Source: Caecitellus pseudoparvulus (taxonomy: Eukaryota; Protista; Bigyra: Bicosoecida). Taken from it: a DNA stretch of 64,000 bases. Under the pieces are notes generated by a model. That model saw nothing but the letters and a program-made list of their open reading frames with translations. It made no database searches and was not told the DNA's origin. A program made the position numbers and the translations under genes. This document shows, in pieces, positions 21,593-35,800 of this stretch (position 1 is its first letter; every line of letters begins with the position of its first letter). Location: assembly GCA_965644315.1 (NCBI GenBank), contig CBFFRQ010000068.1:930001-994000 (forward strand), written 5' to 3'.

Positions 21593-21992
21593 GCCAAAAT
21601 TCGCGCGCGGGAAGACCCGTGCGCGCCGGCACGGAGCTGTGAGGCCTGGTCAGCTGATGCGGGGTGTCGGTGGCCTCACTCCCTGGCAAAGTGCGCTGTT
21701 TGCAGCGTAGGTGCCCCACGCGGAGAGAAGGTGGGCCCAAGTGCCCATACAAGTGGCATAACCTCATGTTCTGGGCGTTCATCGCCCACTTTGTCTTTTT
21801 TGTGGCAGGGCGGCCATTGTGTGCCAGGTGCAGTGCATTCAGCATGCACCCGCGTTGGGAGTTTCCTCGCCCACACATGTCGGCAGGCAGATGCCGCCTG
21901 CAGTCACATCCCATGCACTGCCATGCAGCACGGTGAATTGCCGTGCATTGTTGGCATGACTGGACCCCGTGCGAAGGCTGCCTCCCTGCACA

Positions 21993-24900
21993 ATGGCGTC
22001 AGGCGGCGCGGGGGCGTCCTCGGGCGCTGCCCGGCAGGTGTCGGCTGACTTGGTGTCCCTGTCCCAAGCCGCGAAGCACCGCTTGCCGCCAGTGACACAG
22101 GCTGCTGAGCGAGCCCTGCTGACCCTTCGGTCATTGCAGCGTAGTGGCGAGCCCCTGCGCTCAAAGGACTTCCTCACCCCCTTCCTGCTCGCCATGCGGG
22201 AGCCCGCAGCAGACACGTCCATCTTGCTGCACGCCATGGGAGCGGTGCACCGCCAAGTGACGCTGGACACTGTGCAGGCGAAGAGCGTCCCGGAACTCCT
22301 GCAGGCCACCAGGGAGCAGGTGAGTGTGCCCTCTGCGTACAGTTCGTAGCAAGGGTCCCAGGGCTCACTCACTTCCCGCGACTGCGCAGGCGAACCACGC
22401 AGACCAGTCCATCCAGCTGAAAGTGCTGCAGGTGCTGCCCCTTCTTTTAGGACGCTTAGAGTACCCTGTGGACGCCAAGTTTATCCACGACTCTGTTGAC
22501 ACCCTGCTGCTCATGAGGCGCTCTCACAGCGGCCCTGTCATGCAGCAGACTGCCTCAGCCACCCTGCACCAGGTGAGGACGGAAACGTCGCTGAAACGCC
22601 GGGCAAGCCCCTGTCACGGTCCGGGCCAGCTTCACCTCGGGCGCGGCGTCGCCAGCACGTCGAACGTTTTGCCCTTCGCTACATGCAGGTCGTGGGGTTG
22701 ATCTTTGAGCGGGTGTGCAGCATTGAGGTGGGTCACGCTGCGCGAAGTGCGCCGGGCATTGAGCGGCGCCTCAATCCACCAACTTCCGGCGTTCACAGAG
22801 TCGTCGCCAAGGCTCTGATGAAGCCCGACAGGCAGGCAGCTCTTCCGAAGGGGCATTGCTCCTGCTCCAAGACCTTTGTCGGGTTGTGCGTGGCCAGCCG
22901 TGCAAGTGGCTCGGCGAAGTTGTGCAGCCAGTGCTGGCGCTGCAACTCCTGCACACCATTGTCCAGGGACAGCCCCGGCTGTTCTGCTCGTCCCCGGAGT
23001 TCAAACTGGCCCTGGAGGCCCGCGTGCTACCTGGTTTGGCCGCTCTCCTCACCACCTCCACCAACTATCCCCTCCTCGTCCACACGCTGCGCCTGCTGAC
23101 CGCCCTTCTCGTGGGTGTGGCACCAGCCTCTCCTGCCGTGGCCAGCACCCTGCTGCCAGTGCTCACCCAGTTGCTAGAGGAGGGAGCTCAGGCCCTCGTT
23201 GCATCGCCACCCTCCGGGAGCCCACTGGGCCGCAAACCGTCACACGGCTCTGCCAGTTGGCCTGCGACAAAGAGTATGCAGCATGGCACAAGGCAAGCGG
23301 CCGCCAGTGGCGAGGCAGGCCCTGGAAGCAAGAGTGCTGCCGTCGCTTCGCCTGCTTCATCTGTGGGTGCAGTCCGGCATCGCTTTGGAGCCGCAGGCGC
23401 ACGTATCCTGCGTGGCGCGCACAAAGCCCTTGCCGAGGCCGAGGGGGGACGTGGGCGGGGAGAGGGCACGGGGACACCAGGCGGGGGAGAGTCGCCAGAA
23501 ACCGAAGGAACGAGTGCTCCGCCGCTGTTCAAGCTGTGCCTGGTCATGGAGGCGCTGCAGGCCCTGTCCCGCCATCTGGACGTCCTGGCTGCCGTGTTCG
23601 CTCAAGCGGACGCAGTGGCAGCGACGTCCGCCGGCGCAGTCGTGCCAGTCTTCGGCCCACTTGTCGCTGCCTTAGGCGAGCTGGTGCACCGAGCGTTCAT
23701 CACCATGCCCATTGCAGCTGTGGTGGCAGCTGCGGCAAGCATGCCGAGTGCTGATGGAGCGGCGGGGCCAGGGGCTGCACTTGCCGAGCAAGTGCTGGAG
23801 TCCCTCCCCCAGGAGGTCCTCCTCAGGGACAGCCGCCATGCAGAAGAGTGTGAGCGGTGGGGTTACAGCCACGGGCGCCTGACGCCCCAGGGCTTGGCTA
23901 AGGCCTGGCACGCGTTCCTTGCCTTCCGTCTGCTGGACGTGCCTGACGTGCAGCCGCCGACACTGGCGGTGGCTAACAGCCTGCCAGGCCGCAGGGGGGC
24001 GGATAAGGCTGCTCTGGCGCGAGCCCAAGGCCTGTTGGCACTGCCAGCGGCCCCCAAAGAAGAAGCTGGTGAACCTGACACAAGAGCTGGCTTTGGGGGA
24101 CGGACGCGGTCTGTGAGCTCGGAGGCGCCTGTCAGGGGTGTGGGAGGGGGGAGTGTCCTAGGGGCGGCTGCTGGGAATGTAGGCAGCATGCTGTCTGCCG
24201 TTGCGGGGGGTTCTGGGACAGGCACTTTCACCCAGCGCGTGCGCAGCATGGTGGGTGTGGGGTCCTCCTCCCCAGCCTCACCAAGGGAGGTTGCGACCGC
24301 GACGGCGGGCCCCTGTCCGCCGGCCATTCGTGGGCTGGACACCAACGCTCTGTCTGGGGCACCAGGGCTCTTTTCGATTGCACACCTGACTGCCCTGGCG
24401 CTGAGCACCATCACTGGCATTATGTATGTGTGTGACGCGCAGGTGTCCAAGTCAGCTGCACAGGCGGGTGGCAAGGCCCGCGCCGCCGCAGACCAAGCCA
24501 GCACTGCCTTGACAGACCAGCTGTCAGCTCAGCCTGACTCCAACGCAGAGGTTGCTGCTGCCGAGGCGGCTGGGCGGGCGCGCGCCAGCTCGCGGGCAAG
24601 CTTGCCCACGGAGACGCCTGCATCCTCCAGCGAGCTCCTCAGCCACGCGGAGGGGCTGGCTATGGCGGTGTGGCGGCCAGCTTTGCTCAGCCTGGCTGCT
24701 CCCCTGGCCACCTGTGCTGACGCGGAGATGCTGCAGACCATTCTGCGAGCTTATCAGAGCTTCGCTGCTGCTTGCGGTGGGCTCTCACTCGTCTCTGCCC
24801 GGGATGCCTTCCTTGTGTCTCTGTGCCACCATGCTCTGCCTGACTGGCGCCCTACTGCCGGGTTTGGGCGCACCCTGGCGTTGGGAGGGGGTGCTTGGGG

Positions 24901-27900
24901 GCGGCACCCGCCCTCGCGCAGCTTGCGCACGGCAGTGCACGGTGCCTTGTCAGGTTTGTTCCGCTCCCGAGCACATCTCACTGAGCGTCATACCATGGTC
25001 TTCAAGACGCTGTTCAACATGACGCATTGCCTGGGCAACATTCTTGGGCGCTCCTGGCTCGTCGTGTTGGATACAGTGGCCCAGTTCAGCGCCAACCTGC
25101 CCCGACAGGCCAGCCAAAACCCAGGCCTCGCGGAGCGCATTTCCGCTGCTGCCGCCAGCACGCCTCTGCAGGACCTAGTGCACCCCTTTCCCTTGTCAGA
25201 GGCGCCCCCACCCTCCCCAGCTCTGACGTATGCCACGGCGCCCACCCTTCCTCGCGGAGGCGGACACATGGGGATGGACGGTGGTCATTTCATGCTGGGC
25301 CCTGCTCCTGGTGGAGCCCGCCCTCTGTCCCATGCTGCAGAGCCACAGCAACCAGCTGGGGATGTCACCATCCTCCACTCTGCCCTCTGCAGCTTGTTTG
25401 CGGCGACATCGGCGCTGTCAGCAGATGCGTTTGAGCATGTAGTCCGCGCGCTGACTGACCTGACCCTGTCTAGCCTTGCAGAGAGTGCCATGTCTAGTTC
25501 GAGGCCGGGCGGGCCAGGTTCCGCTCAGGGACATGGAGTGTCCAGACCTGCACCCCTGCTCCCTCCCAAGGGCGGCGGTGTGGAGTCTGCATCCAAGACT
25601 CCTGGTGCTGCCGATGTCGTTTCCCCCGCCCAACCCGCCTCCACGCCAAGTGCAACTGCAGCTGACGCAGGCAAGTCCAAAGGATCCATGGCTGCTTCTG
25701 CCCAAGCCCATTCCCGGCTGCCGGCCGCTCCACCTGCTGCCAGTGGCAGTGGGCTGAAACCTCAAGTTGGTACCACGGCCCCCCCCAGTCCTTCGCCCAG
25801 CTCAGGAGGCCGTGCGCTGAACGCTAAGCGTGTTGCAGAAGGGCGTGCAGTGCAGGCCCCCTTTGCCCTCGTGCGGCTGGTGGAGACACTGGGCCACAAT
25901 TTGCACCGCGAGGGCAGCTGGTGGGGCACCGTCGCACCCCTCTTTGCTTCCTTGGCGCAGAACCTGTCTCCTCACGTGCGCCAGTTCGTCGTGTCTGCAC
26001 ACTGTGCCCTCGCCACGCACCTGCTACATGCTGGGGCTCACCTGGGTCAAAGCGACCTGCTGCAGCCCATTGGCCTGTTCCTGACATGCCCCTTTCCAGA
26101 CACCCGCTGCATGGCAGTGCAGAGCATGCAGGTGATCCTGGAGGGTGCTGGGGAGCGCCTGTCCCTCCCGACGGAGGCGTTGGACAGCCCCAGCACCGCC
26201 TCAGGTTGGATGGCCTTGCTGGGCCTGCTCGTGCGTGCGTGTGATTCAGCAGTGGGCGTGGTGGAGGGCGTGTCTTCGACATCGCTCGGCCGTGCGACTA
26301 AAGACTACGCACAAGACTGTGGGGTCCCTTCTTACACCTTCCCTGGCACTTCCAGACTCCCTTGCCGGCCACCCGAGGTGCTGCTGGGTCTGCGTGACCC
26401 CCACGCGGCATCGGCCGGCGCCGCCGCCGCCGACACTGTCTTGGCTGCAGCAGGCCGCGTGATGCAGGTGGTCACGGATGAATTCCTGTCCAGCCTACCT
26501 GCCGAGTGCGTGCTGGCATTGACCATGGGCCTGACCCTCATGGCGCGGCAGGGGCAGCATGTGAACGCTGCGCTAACTGCCACAGCCACGCTGTGGACGG
26601 TGGCAGACACCCTGGGCCGGGTCCTGTCCACCCTGCCTGGTGACGATGAGGATGCGTGCGTGCCGGATGCGGCACCCGCCCTGGCCGGCACGGCGGCCCC
26701 TGCTGTGTGGGACTTGTGGCGTGCCATCGTGCCCCTCTTGCGCAGCGTCGTGTGTGCTGACCAGCGCAGTGACCCAGCTTGTGCCCCGACGCCGCTACCC
26801 GGCCTAGGAGCCCTGTCCGCCGACCCACTCGCGGGCGCCAAGCAAGGCGTGCGCTTTGACGTCCGAAACGCTGCAGTACAGACGCTGTTCTCCAGCCTCT
26901 CATCGCACGGCAGCAACATGCCTGGTGCTCTGCTCCATGACTTGCTTTCAGGCGTGTGCTTGCCCCTCGTCTACGACGTGACGCTGCGAGCCCACTTTTA
27001 CGCGGCGTTGGAGAGCGAAGCAAGCACGTCGACTCAGGACCTTGCCTCACCGGGCCTCAGCGTGCGCGGGGAAGTGCTGGGGCGCAGGGGTGGGCAAGAA
27101 GTGCGTGCGCGTGTGCACCACTCAGGCGACACCCTCATCAAGCAGTGGCACGGCAGCAGGATGCAGGCTGTGGCTGGTCTGACCAAGGTCATTGCAGCTT
27201 GTTTCGATCACACGCTGTCTCTCCCCTGGTTCCACGATGTGTTCTCCTTCGTCCTGGCCCTGCTGGAGCGCGCTGTGATCGGGCGCAAGGCGGGACCAGG
27301 TGGGGGCACTTCCAGTGCTGGGGAGGGCGGGGCTTCCACCCACGGCACTGGCTCGTGTGAAGGCCCTGCAGACGCCCAGGCCACAGAGGGCACGTCGTGG
27401 TGGTCTTTCCTTGTCGGGGACGCCACCACGGCCTCTGCCACGCCCTCCCGAGCAGCCAGCGACGCCAGCTCGTCCACCGCCCCTGCCAGCACCCCACATC
27501 AAGCCTTCATCCTCGAACCCGTGGACGTGTCTGTCGCTGCTGTGGCAGCGTTGCAGGAGCTCAGCCTGCTGGTGTGTGTCCCGGCAGGCGTAGCGCTGCA
27601 GGGTGCAGCAGAGGGCTACAATGTCGGAATGCGAGTTGTCAACGGTGCCTTGGTGCAGCGCAGTGAAGGCGAAGATGCTGCGGCACAAGGGCGCGTGCAG
27701 AGTCCTGCGGTGGTGTCTTCTACACCAAGCAGGCGCCCCAGCCACCAGCGGGATGTCGAGCGTTCCGTGCTGTGGGCAGACGTCTCCTCGGCGCTTGCTG
27801 CAATCTGCGAGAGCGAAGCAGTGGCTGTGGATGAGACTGACTCCCTTGCAGTGGCAGTAGTGGATTGTCTCCAAGCAGTGCTCCTTGCCCGCAGCGCCCC

Positions 27901-29740
27901 GAGCCCCGTCGGCAGCCCAGCTCAACCAAGCTGCTTCCTCTTGTCAGAGCGATGCGGCCCCTGTCTGCACCTCCTGCACTTGGTCGTGGCTCAGCGCATT
28001 CGCCAGCGCTGGCTGGCTGCCAATCCCCGGGAAGCCAGCGACACCCCCCTCATTCCCGAGGAACTGGACGGCCCCCGATTGGATATCGCCACAAACACTG
28101 AGCGGCACACCTTGCGAGCAGTGGAGGAGCTGGCACAAGCACTGCAAGCCTGCAGCCAGGACTGGTCGGCGACAGGCGGAAAGGCACCTGACGATGCCAC
28201 CACTGGCCTTGTCTCTGCATGGGAAGAGCTACTGGGCTTGCTGGGCGCCCTGGCTGCCAGTCGTACTACGTCGCTGCTGCCGAGCATGACGGGAGGTGAC
28301 CCCCACTGCATCGCAGTACCCTTCCCTGCCTTGCAGCTGGGAGCGTGCAAGCAGCTGCAGCAAGTGCAGGCATGGGCATCTGGTGGGCTCCTCCCGCCTC
28401 CTGCGGCTGGCTTGGTGCTGCAGCCTATCCTGCAGCTGTTGTCAGAAGCCAGTGGCTACACGCGGCGAGTGGCCTCAGCTCTGCGCCGCTGTGTGGGGGG
28501 CGAGAGTCGCGAGGTTCAACCCGGGGAGGCTAGTGGCATCGCGACTGTACTGTCCACGCTGCGTGGCCTGGGTGGAGCTCCGGAAAGCGCTGAGCAAGGG
28601 GGTGTCACACTTTCTTCAGCTGCCGGTCTGGTCTTTCCTCTCGCCTTGTGGGGCGTGGGCAGCAGTAGCGCGCTGAGTGTGCAGCGGCCCATCGTCACAG
28701 ACGCTGCCAAAGCCAAGCGCCTTCTGCGCAAAGCGGAGGCAGGGCGGGATGCGCTTGCTGCTGCACTGGTGGCTGTCGCTGGGGCTGCCCAAACGTCCGA
28801 CGCAGCTGCTCACTGGGCGGGCGTGGCACTGCCTCCACCTTCACACTACCCCGCCCTCTTGCACAATCTGGCCGAAGCCTGGTGCGTATCCCTGCCACCC
28901 CTTACTTTGCCTGCAGCGAGTGCAGGTGCTGAGGATGGTGGAAGTGAAGAAGGGGGGGGCACGGACTTCACGGGGGGAATGGACATTCATGTCGGCGCGG
29001 TAGCCTCTGCGGAGGAGCAGAGTGCAGAGCCGCTGGGGACAGGCGAGAGTGCAGCAGCACCACTCCATGCGGCTGTTCTCACGACAGTTGAGAACGCGTT
29101 CAACCTGCCGCACCCCGCGGAAAGCTTGGATCTGCGGATGGCCTCCTTCCTCACAGCTGACACTCCCCCGCGGCCCGCCTCACCGGACGTGGAGGCCTTG
29201 GCAGCTGCACACTGGGATGCCTTTGACTTGGGCCTTGCTTCGTCACCTGCCCAGTCTCAGCCCGCTCTGCCGGAACTCGGCATGCTGAGAGGAGTGGTGT
29301 CGGCGCTGTCTGCTGACCCCGCCCAGGCGACGCCGGCAACGCTGTCGCGAGTATTAGCCCTCACGGCTGCGTTATCTGTGGGCATCGCAGCTGGCGCCTT
29401 GCAGGTGCCATGCTCAGATGCAGATGCGAAGGTTGCACGGCAGGCCTGCTCGCACTTGGGCACCCTTGCAGCGGTCAAGTGGCCCCAGGACGAGGCCGTG
29501 GCCGACCAGGCGTGGGCCGTCCTGCTGGACCGAGCGCACACGCTGTGCCAGCATGCTTCCCCAGAAGATGTTGAGGGGGTGCTTGTGCTCCTTGCGCGGG
29601 TGCTGCAGCGCCGCGGGCGCCGTGGAGCCGCGGCAGACTTGCTGGGCTTGGCAGCAGCAGCCCTCGCGGCCAGCAGCGAGCCTGGTGTTGTGCGAGCTGT
29701 GCAGGCGTTGGCAACGGCAGGCGCACATTCGGGCCAGTAA
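21993..29740 (+). CDS. MON2: MON2-like Golgi/endosome trafficking protein; introns 22320-22389, 22573-22688, 22728-22798
   Basis: DCB-domain motifs (FLTPFLLA, SIQLKVLQVLPLLL, QTASATLHQVVGLIFERV, LLLLQDLC) and MON2 motifs LVSARDAFLVSLC, LGRSWLVVLDT, DVRNAAVQTLF and VHHSGDTLIKQW. Confidence 0.88.
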
Positions 29741-30169
29741 TGCAAAACGATCAAGTCACTGTGGCGTCGCAGGCAAGCCATCTACACGCCCACGTTGTTG
29801 CATGAGCATCCTTCGATAAGCTTGGCTTGTCCTCTGCTGGCAAGACAACAGCAGAAGTGGCCTGGGGACACAGACTATCACTCCGCAGCAACCACGCCAG
29901 CCGCATCACGTGCAAGCTAGAGTAGCTTCGTAACTGTGAAGGCAACCACTGGGTTTCACATTCGTCATGGCCCTTCTTGCTGCTTCGTCGACTCAAGGCG
30001 CGCTCCTCGCGGTGCGTGGGGCGCTCGGCGTGCCTGGCGCGTATTGCTGCTGGCGGTGTGCTGCACCCCCGCCGCCGCGCCGAATGCCACCCCGGCATGG
30101 AGCGCCCAGCACCAAGCCACACGTGCACTCCATGTCGCCCGCCTACAGGAAGCAAGGTGTATTTTACCC

Positions 30170-32826
30170 ATGGCGCTCAGCACGTTGGCCAGGACTTGCT
30201 CGACAGCTCAGCCGGGAGGCAAGGCCCAAATAGCCCGTGCAGCTCTGCACCGATCGGGTGAGTGCTCTTTCCTTCCCAGACCAGAGCTGGCCTGCTGTGG
30301 TCACGTGCCTTCGAGTGTCGAGGCTGTGCTGGCCCCGCCGGCTTGTCTCCTTACCTTCAACAGCTTCCTTCTGCCATTCCGCCACTCCCCTTCGGCTGCC
30401 CTTCGTTTTCCGCAGGCCGAGTGCACTGCCTGCCCGGTGCTGAGCACGGGGCGCCGCGCGCACGCCTGTGCACACAGGCAGCACCCTCTTCAAAGAAGCC
30501 ACAAGGGCGACCTTCTGCAACTGCGGCAAGGGAAGAAGGTGCTGCGCCCGCGTCTCAGCCCAGGACCGCGCCAGAGCCTGCTGGGAGCGAAGGCACCACC
30601 AGCCGCTTGCGGTACACCAGCAAAGACCTCATGGCCAAGGCGCTGGAGTCCGAGAACGTGACAGTTCCATCTTCCATCAGGAAGAACCTCGCTGGCTTCC
30701 AGCCAAAGGCCATGTTCAAGTCTCTCGTGCACACCATCGTGACGGGCACTCCCAAGGTGGCCAGAATGGCTGCCAGCCTCGTGCAGAGATTCGTGAAGTG
30801 GCTTCTCGGCGTCATCCGGAACCCAGCCTCCTTGGGGCCGATGATGAAGAACTTGTGGGAAGTCATCAAGAAGGAAGTTAACCACTACCACCTTGGCTTC
30901 CGGCTCCTGGGCCAGGACGTGAAGACTTCCTCCAAGCTGCTGCGGCGGGTGGTGAGCGGAAACTCGCTGACTCGCCGGGAACGCAAGCTGCTGGTGCGCA
31001 CGACGTCTGACATGTTCCGCCTCATCCCCATGTCTGTCTTCATCCTGGTACCAGCCATGGAGTTTCTCCTGCCTTTCGCGCTTTACCTCTTCCCCAACAT
31101 GCTGCCGACACAGTTCCAAAGCTCCCTGAAGAAGGAAGAAGACCTCAAGCGCCAGCTGAAGGTGCGGGTGGAGCTGGCTCAGTTCCTCTCAGAGACCTCT
31201 GCAGAGTACTCGCGCCTGCTTGCCAAGCGTGCTGAAGGCACTGAGAAGAAAGACGCCGAGGAGCTGACTGCCTTGGTCAAGAAGGTGCGCTCAGGTGGCT
31301 CGCTGGAAAACAAGGAACTGCTGGCCATCACCAAGCTCTTCTCAGACCAGCTGACCCTGGACAATATCTCCAAGGCACAGCTTTTGGCCATGGCTCAGTA
31401 CATGGGCGTCAGCACCTTCGGGACGGAGGGCATGCTGCGGGGTCGTGTGCGCAGCAAGATGCAGGAGCTGAAGGAGGACGACCAGCAGATCCTGTGGGAA
31501 GGCGTGGATACGCTGAACAAGGAGGAGCTGCGCGACGCCGCCACCGCACGTGGCATGCGGTCCATCGGCCTGACCGAGGAAGGCTTACGCACGCAGTTGG
31601 AGCAGTGGCTGGAGCTCAGCGTGACGAAGAGCGTGCCCGTGGTGATGCTCATTCTGTCCCGCGCCCTTGCCCTGCACGGCACGAGCCAGGCTTCGGGCTC
31701 CCCTGAGCGCCTCTTGGAGAAGTCCCTTGCAGCTCTTGGCGAGAGCGTCGTCAACGAAGCCGTGCTCAGCGGCGCCACGGAGGACAGCAAGGACGCCGCC
31801 ATCCGATTGCGCACGCTGCAGCTGCAGGCTGTTGAGCACCAAAACACTCTCATTGAATTGGAGCGCAAAGCCGCCGAGGCAGCCGAGGCAGCTGATGAAG
31901 CAGCCTTCAAGGCGGAGGAAGCCCGGGCTAGGGCTGATGCGGTGCAGGCTGACATGGTGGCGGGGCGGGTGTCCCACGCTGAGTACGAGAAGGCGAGGGA
32001 GGCGGCAGCCAAGGTGGAGCAAGCAGCTGTGGATGCTCGTCTTGCTGCAGAGGCAGAGTTTTCCAAGATCAGCGGGCAGCACGCCAAGGAACTGAAAGCC
32101 ACCGTGAGCAATGTCGAAGCGCAGCTGGGTGTGGAGGCAGGGGAGCTAGGCGAAGGCGACATCGTTGACCCAGCCCGCCTGCAAGCCCTCGGCAAGGAAG
32201 CCGGGCTGACGGCAGAGGCCATTGAAGCCCTGGAAATGTTGGCCAGCGAGTCTGCTGTGCTGAAGGAGCGTGCCACCCTGGCGCGCATCAAGGCCTCCCG
32301 CATGCAGGAGCAGGCCAGCGAAATGCTTGCCAAGGGGCGTATCGCGAAGAAAAAGCGGGGTTCCGCAACTGCTTCCGACGGCGAGGCGTCAGGTGAACCA
32401 GCGAAGAAGAAGGAAGAGGAGGAGGAGGCCAGCCCCAAGACTGGCAGTGACGCGTCGCTAGACTACACAGCCAGCAGCGTCGCAGGCGTGTTGGACAGCA
32501 TGATTTCCCGTCTTGAAGGGCAGGTGGACAGTGTGGACTCGGCCATCGGCGATAAGCTGCACCTGCTCGACAAGGACGGCGACGGTGTGCTGAGCAGGCA
32601 AGAGCTGGAGGACGTCGTGGGGCGCTTGATGAAGCTGAAGGGCGTCCAGGAAGGAGACAGTGTGTCCGTGGGAGACATGCTTGACCTGGACAAGGACGGA
32701 AACATCACGAAGAAGGACCTCAAACTCATTGCAGGGGTGCTGGCTGAGGCTGAAGCAGAGGCTGAAGCCTCCGAGTCCGAGGCAAGCCATGCCTCTGACA
32801 CGGAAGCGACGAGCGAAAGGAGATAG
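30170..32826 (+). CDS. LETM1: LETM1/Mdm38-family mitochondrial inner-membrane protein with two EF-hands; intron 30258-30415 (alternative start 29967 with an extra intron 30012-30148)
   Basis: HYHLGFRLL, LTRRERKLLVRTTSDMFRLIPMSVFILVPAMEFLLP...FPNMLP, FSDQLTLDNI, DDQQILWEGVDTL; EF-hand loops DKDGDGVLSRQE and DLDKDGNITKKD. The start codon is uncertain. Confidence 0.93.
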
Positions 32827-32832
32827 GCGTGT

Positions 32833-35800
32833 CTAATCCATTTCGGGCCAGCCCAGGCGTGTGAAGCCTTGCAGTCGAACCTTGTCTTTGGTCACCCACT
32901 GGCCACCAGCCTGCCTTTTGGTCCGCTCATCTACCCACACTCCCTTGTACGAAGCAGATGGCCGAGTTGAAGCGGACACAGGCCGGTGTTGCCTTGTCTC
33001 GACCCTGCCTCCGAACATTTCGGCGACCTGGCGCTCAGCCCAGCTGGGCTGCGAATCGCCCTTTCTGGCATTGAGTGCCCGTGAACTGAGCTTGGTCTTG
33101 AGCTGCCGATCAGATTGCGCACGAGCTTGTTTTGCCAGGAGAGCAGTTTTTTCTCGAACTTGGTGCTCGTAGTGTTCCATCTTGGCCGTCGGCTTTGCCG
33201 CTGGATGAGGCGGAGGAAACCGGAGGCGGGCCGTCTGGGCCTGACGCTGTTCAATGGCGCCATCTTTGTCACGTACAGACAACGCCCCTCCACGGCTGCC
33301 AGGCTTCTTGGTGGCTGCAACGGCGGAGTCACTTGAGCTTCGCTGACGAGAGGCAGACAGGCTGGGCCTCCTAGTTCTCGCGGCTGGATGCTGCAGCACT
33401 TGGACTTGACGGTTGAACGCCACCACACGCGACACGGGGTCATCAAACGTGCCAGGAACCGGGCCTTGCTCCGCACGAGCAGTCTTCGATGCCTCATCCG
33501 CCTGCTCAGCCAAGGACGGTACTGGGAAGTGTGCTCTGAGCACTTCTGATGGTGTGGCAAGAGCCGAGTGCGCACCTCTCGCGTCTGACTGTGCAAAGTA
33601 CGATGCCCAGTCGTATTCCTCCGCGTCGGCTCTCACGATTCCTGTATCTGCTTGACTTGGTCTTGCTGCACCCTGAGAAGCAGTCTCCAGTTGCATCGCA
33701 CGCTGCAACGGCAAGAACCGGACGGTTGTCGGGTTTGCATCAAGCACGCTCCTTGGCAGTTTGACACTTCTGCGGCTCGGCCCTCCATCTTTCTCTGGAG
33801 TTTGGGGACGATGCTGCTCCCACCAGCTCCACTGCTCCTCCACTTGGTCGTAGCTGCTGTCATCTAGCAGCTTGCTGAGCAGCGGCAGCAAGTCTGTCGG
33901 CAGCAGGTCGTAGGGTGTGACTGCCGAGCGCCCAGCATGAATGCTGCTGTGTTCGTCAAAAGTAGCAGGTGTGGGAACGCTTCCTTTGCCCCCTCCTCTC
34001 CGGTGCTCATGCTTCCTGGATGGGGCAGAGCTGCGCTCTCCAGAATGCTCGTCGGCCAGCATGTGCTTTTGTGTGGAGTGGCCCGCAAGCTCTTCCGGGA
34101 CGTGCCACCACGTGCATGCGTCAAGCTGCTGCTGGATGCTCCGTGGAGATGGAAGCGGGCTGCTCATAGCTTGCGTGAGGTCATCCAGGCTTGCGGCCGC
34201 CTGCAACATGAGAGGGCTTGGGGGCGCAGGGTTAGTCTTTGCCGTGTCGAATGCGGCATGTGGACCTGTCACACTCGCGCCTTGCAGGGGCTGCCGATCA
34301 ATGGAGCGCTTGCCATCCAAGAGTTCGGAAGCCCGCTGGGGTGCTGTTCCAATGAACCGGGATGAGTCGCTTGGAAGACGCCAAAGATTCCCGCCATCGA
34401 CTTCGCCAACGGCACTAGGGCCATATGCTGCCTCCTGCTCCAGGTACATTTCCAAAAGCTCAGCCTTAACTACAGCTTTGGGGCGTTCGGGAATGATAGC
34501 GCTCGGTTGAATAAGTTCACTAGCCATGGCGTCAGTGGGCTGCCCTGCTTCTGAGGCGCGACCTCGCTGGTGGCTCCATGCCGCTCTGGGGACCAGTCGA
34601 AGTGCGAGCAGGTGCTCGCAGGACGTCCCTCCCATACCCCAGGGCGTCATGCCTGTCAGCCACTGGCGAATGTTCGCTGCACGAGGCATCGCGATTTTGT
34701 GCTTGGTTTGCTCACGGGCCCTGCGGTCTGCCCGGATCAGCTGCGTCAGCATGTGTACGTGTCGCATGCTTCGACGAATGAGGAAGGTACGGAAGGCACG
34801 CTGGATCGCCGCGGCCGCTCCATCCCGCGAAGAGAACAAGCCCGCAGCTTCTTGAGGAGCACTGACTGAGCCCGTTACCGCACTTCCCATGAGTCTGGCG
34901 GAGGCGAGCAGAGCCTGCCCTGCGGCATACTTGGCCAGCTGCTTCTTGAGTTCAGCTGCTTCCAGCGCCGAAATTACCCCGTCAGCAAGATCTAGCACCC
35001 CGTACTTTTGTGCAGCTACAAGCTCAGCATAGGTTGCGGAAAAGCTCACTGTGGCGTTTGTCTGGAGGTTTTGAGCCTCAAACACGAACCTGTTGAACTT
35101 GCGCTTCCGCACATCTGGCAACGACGGCCGCTGACGCAAAGAGCGCACGCGGTCAGCCACGAGCGCCAGAGCTTGGGATGGCCCCACTGAACTCTTAGAG
35201 CCGTATCCTAAGTCAGTGGGGACGCCAAGGCCCCTCAAGAAGCTCGCAACGCCTGCGCGTGTATACTCGGCCACGCGGTGCTGCATGCGGACCGACAGCT
35301 TCACTGCCTGGCCATGCACAGGTCGCACGAGGGTGGCAAGCTGAATCCAATCGCTATACTTACCTTGTCCAAGGACAGTTTCAGCACTAGCGTCGCTGCC
35401 TAGTAGTGAGGCTTCGGTTCCTAGTCCAGGTGCGCCCTGCGTTGGCAGCGCTGCAGCACTGCTGCCTGGCACTTTCCGAGCACTCAGAGCCTCACGCCGT
35501 AGCTCTTGTCTGACACTGGTCATCCAAGCTGCAGCAGCACTACGAATCTTCGAGTTTGTCGTGTGCTGCAGCACCTCATCCAAGGTAAGCTCTGTTGACG
35601 TCACATGCCCCTTCTGGCAGACGAACACATCCAACGTAAACAGCTTTGCCGCATTCAATGGCGCCGTGTGCATCTGCTGGTGGGTAGAATGCACACCTCC
35701 CTCTTCATGCAGCCCAAGTTGCCTGTCGAGCAGGTCATCTAAGCGGCGGCGCTCGAGGAAGAGGGGGTGTGACGGCTGTGAGAAATCCACTCGCGCACGC

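Noticed and set aside
3080-32438. Long antisense or shadow ORFs (e.g. 3080-4564, 4573-5868, 8618-9964, 14470-15534, 31395-32438)
   Set aside because: Expected in high-GC coding DNA. They mirror recognised genes on the other strand and carry no motifs.
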